Position numbers and translations under genes: made by a program. This document shows, piece by piece, positions 29,816-37,155 of a stretch of 64,000 nt of DNA. The notes under the pieces were generated by a model. It had not been told where the DNA came from. It was given only the letters and a program-made list of their open reading frames with translations, and searched no databases. Origin of the DNA: an uncultured Candidatus Saccharibacteria bacterium (GTDB taxonomy: Bacteria > Patescibacteriota > Saccharimonadia > Saccharimonadales > Saccharimonadaceae); the NCBI GenBank assembly GCA_948648655.1, contig CAPKVJ010000004.1, forward strand, positions 4,832 to 68,831, given 5' to 3'. Position 1 is the stretch's first letter, and every line of letters begins with the position of its first letter.

Positions 29816-31502
29816 TGAGTTTCAAGAAGTTGATCGCAGTTCCTTAAGATATGTCATCTATCTAAGAAAGTCTACCGAAGATGAGAACAAGCAAGCCCAC
29901 TCATTTAGCGATCAAGAAAAGGACTGTCGCCGATATGCGGCTCAACTCGGTATAGAAGACAACATTATAGAGCCGGCAATTAAGGAGAGTGCCTCAGCCA
30001 AATATCCCGACAATCGTCCAAAGTTCAACAAACTAATTGAGGATCTGAAAGCCGGTCGAATTGATGGTATTATTGCCTATCATCCAGACAGGCTTTCACG
30101 CAATATGCTAGAAGCTGGCATTGTGCTAGACATGCTAACGCCTGGAAGACCAACCAAAAAGGGCGTAAAACCAGAACCGATTATAAAAGACTTGCTCTTC
30201 TCGTCTTTTTATTTTAGGAACGACATCAATGGCAGATGTATGCTAGCATTTCAGTTTATGATGGCTACACAATACTCTGAACACCTAGAAGAGGTAGTGA
30301 CGCGAGGAGTTAGGAGTCATCTTGCCGTCGGACAGTCTTCTGGCACACCTAAGTGGGGCTATCGTAGAGGTGATGATGGCTTTTATGTGCCTGACAATAA
30401 TTTCAGTCACATACAGCATGCTTGGGAAATGATACGAAACGGCAGTAGTCAGGTAGCGGCTGTGGAGTATCTTGTGGAAAATGATGTGCACTACATGACA
30501 AAACGAACCCCGTCAAAGATATCCAAGCGCGTCGACTTCACTGGAGATGGTGGAGGAGGGACAATGTCTCGTATGTTAAGAAATCCGTTCTATTATGGCA
30601 TCTTATGTCAGGGAGGAAATGAGGTTGATTTAAGAAAAGTGCAGCCAGGTTTTACTCCAGTAGTCTCACAAGAACACTGGAATGAAGTGCAGGAGGCCTT
30701 ACGAAAGAACGGCAAAAAGCACCGAGGGCATCGAAAGCGTGTTGGCGCTCCCGTTTTCTTGCCATTCAGAGGGATGGTCGAATGTGGCGTATGTGGTGGC
30801 AATATGATTGCTTATCGCACTAGAGGAAAAGATAAGGCAAAACATGCCCTAGTCTACTATGCTTGCCAAAATAAAAATTGCACCCGCTCTAAAAAACAAG
30901 TTAGGGGAGAAAATGTCGTAAAAGATTTATGTGAGCAACTTGTGGGAATTGAAGTATTGCCGGAAGCATATGATGAATACAGTGAATCGGTAGAGTCTCA
31001 TATTACGAAAGAAATTGACAAACTGAATACAAAAAAGCTCAGCCTACGAGGTTCACTTTCGCAATTGAAATCACGTCTCAAACGGGAGAATACTTCACTC
31101 AAGGTGTTGAAGTCAGATAGCCAAATACCACAAACCACAATATCTGCTGCGATTGAAGAAGTGAAGAGTCTAGAACAACAAATTACAGCAACGGAAAAAG
31201 AACTGGCTGATGTTGTGGCAAAAATCAAAGATCCGGCAAAAGTCGTAGCCACAAAAGAAGAGTTCTTCAAATTTCTAGAAACCGCTGATTTACAGATGAG
31301 AAATGGTAATTTTGTGGAAAAAGACATTGTTGCCCGTGCACTGTTCTCGAAACTCGTCATTGACAACGAAAATAAGACCACCGCTCTCTATAAAACTGAG
31401 TTTGATGGTCTTATTTCTATGGGCAATTCTCATCATCTTGTGAATGGTGAGCCGGGAGGGGCTCGAACCCTCGACACCGGGCTTAAAAGGCCCGTGCTCT
31501 AA
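29808..31502 (+). CDS. Large serine recombinase (resolvase + recombinase + Zn-ribbon + coiled coil)
   Basis: YLRKST catalytic Ser, ESAS, RPKFNKL, DRLSRN, CGVCG...YYAC...C. Confidence 0.93.
   Translation: MFDEFQEVDRSSLRYVIYLRKSTEDENKQAHSFSDQEKDCRRYAAQLGIEDNIIEPAIKESASAKYPDNRPKFNKLIEDLKAGRIDGIIAYHPDRLSRNMLEAGIVLDMLTPGRPTKKGVKPEPIIKDLLFSSFYFRNDINGRCMLAFQFMMATQYSEHLEEVVTRGVRSHLAVGQSSGTPKWGYRRGDDGFYVPDNNFSHIQHAWEMIRNGSSQVAAVEYLVENDVHYMTKRTPSKISKRVDFTGDGGGGTMSRMLRNPFYYGILCQGGNEVDLRKVQPGFTPVVSQEHWNEVQEALRKNGKKHRGHRKRVGAPVFLPFRGMVECGVCGGNMIAYRTRGKDKAKHALVYYACQNKNCTRSKKQVRGENVVKDLCEQLVGIEVLPEAYDEYSESVESHITKEIDKLNTKKLSLRGSLSQLKSRLKRENTSLKVLKSDSQIPQTTISAAIEEVKSLEQQITATEKELADVVAKIKDPAKVVATKEEFFKFLETADLQMRNGNFVEKDIVARALFSKLVIDNENKTTALYKTEFDGLISMGNSHHLVNGEPGGARTLDTGLKRPVL
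31369..31450. repeat. 82-bp imperfect direct repeat (right attachment region), copy 2, containing hairpin AAATAAGACCA...TGGTCTTATTT
   Basis: Matches 24113-24194; lies inside the recombinase ORF and abuts the tRNA-Lys 3' end. Confidence 0.9.
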
Positions 31503-31521
31503 CCAGCTGAGCTACCGGCCC
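31445..31521 (-). tRNA. tRNA-Lys(TTT)
   Basis: Acceptor GGGCCGG/CCGGCTC; anticodon arm CGGGC-CTTTTAA-GCCCG; CCA. Confidence 0.95.
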
Positions 31522-31648
31522 ACAATGTGTACATTATAGCACAAAGTCTGAAAAAGATAAAGACTGATTTTTACTTGTAAAAAGTCTAGTTCTATGTTAA
31601 AATTGTTATAGCTTGCACCAAAAAATTACATGAAAGGGGGAGAGTTTT

Positions 31649-31999
31649 ATGAATTACGTGCCAGTGTACATTTTAGATTTCCAAAAGTTGTCCACCGAAG
31701 AGCTGGAGGAAACAATAATTAGGCGTGGAGTTCCTAACGCTAGAGCGGTGTTCCAGGCGATATATGAGCGTGATCCTAGCGAACGCGAGGAGCAGTCCAT
31801 GCATTCCATGTTATCAGCCCTATTGATGCGCCGCAAATTTAGCGATGAAGAGCGCATCTTGTTAAATAGTGAATTTGGACTGGGACAACAAAAGCTTATA
31901 GATAGCAGCGACAAGGAGCGATTGCTCCGCTTTTCCTATGATCATAATCGTAGGGGTATTATCGACGTATTAAATAAAATCAAGGTATGGTATAAATAA
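31649..31999 (+). CDS. Hypothetical protein
   Basis: GGGGGAG SD; followed by hairpin CCTTGCTCC-TTTAA-GGAGCAAGG (32020-32042). Confidence 0.65.
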   Translation: MNYVPVYILDFQKLSTEELEETIIRRGVPNARAVFQAIYERDPSEREEQSMHSMLSALLMRRKFSDEERILLNSEFGLGQQKLIDSSDKERLLRFSYDHNRRGIIDVLNKIKVWYK

Positions 32000-32046
32000 T
32001 AAATCGATAATACTATTATCCTTGCTCCTTTAAGGAGCAAGGAATT

Positions 32047-32260
32047 TTTGTGCGCAGCGGGAGCATTGGTATTAGTAGTAATAAATTGAGATTCATTGGT
32101 CAGGGTAGCTACGCCTGGTCTTCGATGCCTAATTCCAATATTAATAATGCCTACTACTTAATTGTTTGGAGTAGCAGTATTGACCAATCAAACAATAGTC
32201 GTTGGCTTGCCTTCCCCCTCCGCTGCCTAGCTAGTTAGAGTATAGGTAGTAGGAGGATAG
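32047..32260 (+). repeat. Variable C-terminal cassette 4 (FVRSG...AFPLRCLAS*), start-less
   Basis: 5' box at 32047-32060, 3' box at ~32212-32260; open 63-aa frame. Confidence 0.9.
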
Positions 32261-32343
32261 AAGAAGAGCTATTTGATAAGCGGCTTACTTAAAAAGAGTC
32301 CACCTCACAAATTGAGATGAACATCTTTCATTAAAATCGAACT

Positions 32344-32420
32344 TGGTGGGCGATAGAGGATTCGAACCTCTGACCTCGTCTACGTCAAAGACGCGCTCTA
32401 GCCAACTGAGCTAACCGCCC
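32344..32420 (-). tRNA. tRNA-Val(GAC)
   Basis: Acceptor GGGCGGT/ATCGCCC; anticodon arm CGTCT-TTGACGT-AGACG; CCA. Confidence 0.95.
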
Positions 32421-32465
32421 TACTCTTCTAGTGTATCACAGTTTATTGAAACCGTCAAAATCATT

Positions 32466-33101
32466 CTATTTTGTAGCTAGACGCTTATTCCTAGCATTAG
32501 TACGTCCCATGACGACACTCGCAAAGACTGCTAGACCGACAACTCCCAGCGAGGTCAGCACTGATGTAATAAGTAAAACCCAGTTACGTCTCTCATGATC
32601 AGAGTTTTGAAGCAATGTAGTGTTCTCGGTCTGAATATCGTCGGGATTCTTTTCGGGTTCAGCGATTGTTTCTGAATCAGTCAATGAATCTATATCTTCG
32701 GGGACATCGTTAGTCATATCATCCGTATCCGTACGGTCCAGCCCGATTCTGGTGCGAAATGGGTTATTGGTAGTTTCTTTTGAATTATCTATAACTGTCG
32801 CAGGGCGCATAGTGTCAATAGTGGTACTATGGGAAGGCTGAGACGCACCATTTCCACCAAAGCCGTCGACTGGGCTATCATTGGCTCCTTGATCTGGGTT
32901 AGGATTCGGATCAGAATTGTCTCCAGCTGTTCCCCCACTACCATTATCTCCAGGATCTGTTGGCGGAGGAGTGTTTGGATCCTGCTCGCCTGAATCACCA
33001 GTCTGCGATGAGTCATCATCTGCATAAACCATGCTATCTACCGGCCACGCCAAATAAGCCAGACCTAACAGAAATATAATCGCAAAGATTTTCTTCTTCA
33101 T
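32466..33101 (-). CDS. Secreted low-complexity (D/N/P/T-rich) protein with C-terminal membrane anchor
   Basis: Signal peptide, acidic disordered body, C-terminal TM plus basic tail. Confidence 0.75.
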   Translation of the reverse strand: MKKKIFAIIFLLGLAYLAWPVDSMVYADDDSSQTGDSGEQDPNTPPPTDPGDNGSGGTAGDNSDPNPNPDQGANDSPVDGFGGNGASQPSHSTTIDTMRPATVIDNSKETTNNPFRTRIGLDRTDTDDMTNDVPEDIDSLTDSETIAEPEKNPDDIQTENTTLLQNSDHERRNWVLLITSVLTSLGVVGLAVFASVVMGRTNARNKRLATK

Positions 33102-33199
33102 GTCAGTATATTATCATTATATATAATATATGTCAATAGTTTTAACTTATTTTACCACAAAAAACCACCAATCATGCTATATATTGGTGGTTTTGGGAT

Positions 33200-34138
33200 T
33201 TAGCGACGATTTTTGCGATTTACAAGATAGATTGCGAAGCCAGCTACTGCTCCAAATGCGACTAGACCGGTCAATATATAGTCGAGCCGAGAGATATTGA
33301 GATCGCTAAATAAAGTCGAACCGGTATTTGGCGTGTTTGGCGTCGTGGAGCCTGAGCCTCCATCATTACCGCCGACGGTATAGTTCACACCTAATGTAAC
33401 CATTGAGATCATCTGATCCGCAGCGTTATAAGCGCTGATAACGGTAGTGTATTCATCGGTGTCGGCACCATATCTCTCAAATGGCAAATCGATGATAAAT
33501 TCGCCGGTATTTGGGTCAATTGCGCTAGCGTCTAGGATAAGGGGCTCTTCTTGGCCATCAGCGTTCACGAATAATGGTCTGCCGTCCTTGTGATAAGCTT
33601 GGACGCGAATTTTCGCGACTTGGCTATTGGCTTTTACGGAAAGGATCGGGTCACCATTATCTTTTGCGCCACGATCAAAGTTGGCCTGGATTGCCCGATA
33701 GTTAAATGAAACTGTATCTTCGCGGGTTGTACCGCCATTACCATAAGCGACGGCGCGAAGTTTAAAGGCACGATAGCCATACGGAGCAAGGTTCAAGTTA
33801 AAACTATGCTCCCCGATCTGCTGCGACGGGGTGAAAGTCTCGACGTTGGTCTGGACTTCAGCGCCACTATCATTAGTATAAGTCAAATAATACTCAATTT
33901 TCGATGAGTCTTCATAACTACTCTTTACTTCGAGATCAGGGTCAATAAAATCACTGCCGTCTAGCGGGTTCAGGATGGCCACCCTTGTATCACCTTCCCC
34001 GATTGTGACATTGACATTGACGGTCGAGCCCTCTATGGCCGCTGCGCCCGGCGCTGGCATCGCATAAGCAATCGTCGTCATGATACCAACGGCGGCTAAT
34101 CCAGCAATGCCTAGAATCTGCTTTTTCGTTTTTTGCAT
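33200..34138 (-). CDS. Cell-surface protein with Ig-like domains and PNTG sorting-like signal
   Basis: Signal peptide; beta-rich; TPNTPNTG followed by TM and RKNRR. Confidence 0.7.
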   Translation of the reverse strand: MQKTKKQILGIAGLAAVGIMTTIAYAMPAPGAAAIEGSTVNVNVTIGEGDTRVAILNPLDGSDFIDPDLEVKSSYEDSSKIEYYLTYTNDSGAEVQTNVETFTPSQQIGEHSFNLNLAPYGYRAFKLRAVAYGNGGTTREDTVSFNYRAIQANFDRGAKDNGDPILSVKANSQVAKIRVQAYHKDGRPLFVNADGQEEPLILDASAIDPNTGEFIIDLPFERYGADTDEYTTVISAYNAADQMISMVTLGVNYTVGGNDGGSGSTTPNTPNTGSTLFSDLNISRLDYILTGLVAFGAVAGFAIYLVNRKNRR

Positions 34139-34243
34139 ACTCTACACTCTTTCTTTTTAGTTTTTATTTTGAACTCGCTAGAGCCACCGCCTCGCAGAAT
34201 TATCGCTCGCAACGATAATTGCGGCTGCTTGCATCCTATTAGA

Positions 34244-35266
34244 TTATACTAGGGTGCGAGCTTTGCGCTCTTTGCGTTTTCTGATTATGATTATAATCCA
34301 GACAATTATGACTGTCAACAGCAAAATCAATAAAACTACGACAAAGATTGGCATAATTGCTACTATGTGCGTCTCACTGATAGTTTGATCAGCGGCCGTG
34401 ACTGTAAATTCTACATTAAAGATCCCAATAAAAGGCGTACTCTCCCACTTAATGTCAATATCGTGTTCGCTCTCGGGGAAAGACGAAACCGCGCCAGTGT
34501 CCTTGTAAAGCTCCTTGCCAAATACGGTTTTGGCTATGTAGGAGTAATAAGCATCAAAGTCGGTATTACCAGTATTTTTGACCTTAGCATGAGCATCGAG
34601 ACTTCCTCCAAATGTAAAGCGAGTGAAATTATAGTCAAACACTTCTGCTGTCTGACGTGTATCGCCAATTGAGCGACCTTTGATTACCATGCCAGCTTGC
34701 GATATGGTTTGGACGCCAGATCCGCCATTATTGGAATTGCTACCTACTGTCTGCGCCCAGATGGCGGCGTATTGTGCGCCACCCGGAACGTCTTCTGGTA
34801 CGTCTATGCGATACCATATCGTTTGCGATTCACCGGGATTAATGGACTTAATTAATTCTTTTTGATAGCTACCACCCTCGTCGCGAAAAGTCAGCCACCG
34901 CGAAATCTGGGTGTATGAGGTAGCCGATTCTTCGGAAAAGTCGACGCCGCCATCATTCTGCACGGCATAAGGCGAAGCATAGATACGATAGGTAAATGGC
35001 GCACTACCAATATTGGTTACCTTTACAATACAGCCTTCTTCCATGCTATCGGGACATTCATCAGATTGCTCCGAGATTACTTCACCGCTACGTAACGTTA
35101 CTGTGCCAGCGGTTGGCGAGAGCTGCAACCAAGTCTCTGGAGTTTGTTGGTCTTCTTCACCTTCGGCGTAGCTTGCCATAGGTAGCATGACGATGCTGCA
35201 TAACGTCAATACGGTGGCGGCTATGATTTTTGTAATTTTGTGCATATAACTCCTCACTCTTCCCAA
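34244..35266 (-). CDS. DUF916/DUF3324-like cell-surface protein
   Basis: VPEDVPGGAQYAAI, VKNTGNT, C-terminal TM plus basic tail; paralog of 35272-36198. Confidence 0.7.
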   Translation of the reverse strand: MGRVRSYMHKITKIIAATVLTLCSIVMLPMASYAEGEEDQQTPETWLQLSPTAGTVTLRSGEVISEQSDECPDSMEEGCIVKVTNIGSAPFTYRIYASPYAVQNDGGVDFSEESATSYTQISRWLTFRDEGGSYQKELIKSINPGESQTIWYRIDVPEDVPGGAQYAAIWAQTVGSNSNNGGSGVQTISQAGMVIKGRSIGDTRQTAEVFDYNFTRFTFGGSLDAHAKVKNTGNTDFDAYYSYIAKTVFGKELYKDTGAVSSFPESEHDIDIKWESTPFIGIFNVEFTVTAADQTISETHIVAIMPIFVVVLLILLLTVIIVWIIIIIRKRKERKARTLV

Positions 35267-35271
35267 AATTG

Positions 35272-36198
35272 CTAGTTACGTTTATTGGCGATAATTCGAG
35301 AAACAATCCAGAAAATAACGCAGAAGATTACTAGTAGTACGACGAAGATGAGCCAAATCGGGCAAAGGAAGACAAGCTTTTCAACTTCTTCGGTCTGATC
35401 GAAGAGCTTCACAGTCTGTTTCACGCGGAAAATACCAAGATGAGGCGCACCTTCCCAACTAATTGTATTGAAGCGTCGAGTCTCTGGGAGAATAACTAGC
35501 TCATCTGGATCTTCTTCATTAGTATAGACTTCTTCGTCACTAAAGAGTGGGAAAACCTGAAGAGTGTAAGTCGCTACAGCGTGGGTATTACCGGTGTTTT
35601 CGACGATAGAAGTAGCGGTGACAGGAGGATTGAATAAAATACTAGGTAATTTGAGATCTTCGATACTGCCAGTCTTGCGAGTATCTCCTGCTACCTGCGT
35701 ATAGACTACGATACCAACGCGGCGACCGATAGCGATGGAGGAACTTGAAGAATCATTTTTAGCAGAGCTTTCAGCGACGATAGTGCCATACTGGCCACCA
35801 GCAGGGACATCCTTTGGTACTTTGATAAAGAATTGGATTTCTCGGCTCTCGCCAGCTTCTAGTGACCCAGAATTAGCTGAAAAAGTTGCCCAGTCAATAA
35901 TATCATTATATTGGGTGCGTGTTTCAAGGTCGGCAGTATAATCCTCACCAGTCACTCCGTATGGTTCAAATGTGATTTTAAAATCTGTGGGCTCTTTGCC
36001 AGTATTTTTGATACTGAACTTCCCTTCGGCCATATCTCCAGGATTAAGATCGCCGAGCTCAATAACCGCAGGTGACATCTCTAGGCCGTAATCTTGAGCA
36101 CCGTCTTCTGCAAAAGCAGGATAAAAATTCCCTAGTGACGCACAAAGTACAAATGTGATAGCTGCGCAAAATTTACTAATTCGCTGAAAAGTTCTCAT
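35272..36198 (-). CDS. DUF916/DUF3324-like cell-surface protein
   Basis: VPKDVPAGGQYGTI, VENTGNTH, C-terminal TM. Confidence 0.7.
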   Translation of the reverse strand: MRTFQRISKFCAAITFVLCASLGNFYPAFAEDGAQDYGLEMSPAVIELGDLNPGDMAEGKFSIKNTGKEPTDFKITFEPYGVTGEDYTADLETRTQYNDIIDWATFSANSGSLEAGESREIQFFIKVPKDVPAGGQYGTIVAESSAKNDSSSSSIAIGRRVGIVVYTQVAGDTRKTGSIEDLKLPSILFNPPVTATSIVENTGNTHAVATYTLQVFPLFSDEEVYTNEEDPDELVILPETRRFNTISWEGAPHLGIFRVKQTVKLFDQTEEVEKLVFLCPIWLIFVVLLVIFCVIFWIVSRIIANKRN

Positions 36199-36311
36199 TT
36201 ACCTCCTTATTTGTATTTATTATATAGCACTAAAGTTTAGAAATCAAGCACAAACTAAAACTCCGTCCCTGCGAGAGGACGGAGTTTGCTAGTTGGCCTG
36301 TTGTAGGCTTA

Positions 36312-36848
36312 CTAGAATTTTGCAACAGCTGTAAAGATGGCGTCGCCCGTGTAAGTACCAGCGGCTTGGCCAGCGGCAGTAGCTACACCAAAAGTGACTT
36401 GAGTAGCATCCGTATTGCCACTTGGAGCACCGTTAGTTTCTTTAACCAGCTGGTCAGCAGTAGTCAATCCAGCATAGTTCTGGAAAGTCTTTGTACCAGC
36501 TTTGAGACCCCAAGCCGAAGTGGTGGCGTTTGCTTGTGGTACACCAGCAGCGATAGTGTTGTTTTCACCAGAAGTTAGGTTAACATCGCTAGTCTTGGCA
36601 TTCAAAGTGTAACCTTTGGTATTGCTAGTAGTAACTGTAAGATCGGTAGTAGCTTCGGCAATATCACCGCCATTGACTGGATTCATATTGAGGCTAGTTT
36701 CGCTTGCACTAAGCTCAATCTTGTCAACAACCTGAACGTTTAGATTAATCGTTTCTGGGTTCGCGGCATAGGTAGCGAGTGGCATGGCGGCAACGCCTAG
36801 ACCAGCAACAACACCTAAAACAGCGACAGCTTTTGACATTTTAGACAT
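36312..36848 (-). CDS. Secreted WxL-like / fimbrial-type surface subunit
   Basis: Signal peptide; GYTLNA, SAWG, C-terminal AAGTYTGDAIFTA strand. Confidence 0.65.
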   Translation of the reverse strand: MSKMSKAVAVLGVVAGLGVAAMPLATYAANPETINLNVQVVDKIELSASETSLNMNPVNGGDIAEATTDLTVTTSNTKGYTLNAKTSDVNLTSGENNTIAAGVPQANATTSAWGLKAGTKTFQNYAGLTTADQLVKETNGAPSGNTDATQVTFGVATAAGQAAGTYTGDAIFTAVAKF

Positions 36849-36979
36849 AAATTGTTTCTCCTTTGTTTTTTATTTCTGTCTATGACCTTTGTAAGTATTA
36901 TTATATTGGACGCTTATGATTAAGTCAACGAGATTTTCACAAGTTTATTTAAGAGTTTTCCACATACTACATATGGTAT

Positions 36980-37033
36980 ACTGCAGGCATCTACAAAGGT
37001 ACTGCTACTTTCACCGCTACTGCGAATATCTAG
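36980..37033 (+). pseudogene. Orphan 17-codon C-terminal fragment homologous to the end of 36312-36848, inverted
   Basis: TAGIYKGTATFTATANI* versus AAGTYTGDAIFTAVAKF*, stop in the same register. Confidence 0.6.
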
Positions 37034-37155
37034 TAGTATAGCGCAAAATTAAAATACATCACCCTCTCGCAGGGGTGATATATTTTGTAGTGATTAAGAG
37101 ATACCGTAGATGGTCTATCTTTCTATTATAGCACACTTCGATATATAAGTCAATA

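Larger units (their letters stand above)
24189..31450. mobile_element. ~7.3-kb integrative element at tRNA-Lys 3' end (large serine recombinase, MTase + DUF262/HNH, protease)
   Basis: Flanking direct repeat including the tRNA 3' end; recombinase adjacent to tRNA; defence-type cargo. Confidence 0.85.

Noticed and set aside
24189..31450. Intact prophage
   Set aside because: No capsid, portal, large terminase, tail or lysis genes; only 7.3 kb.
20969..32260. Classical DGR (TR/VR pair plus reverse transcriptase)
   Set aside because: No RT or Avd gene in the window. The cassettes differ at all base types, at synonymous sites and by codon indels, not only at adenines. A remote DGR link cannot be excluded.
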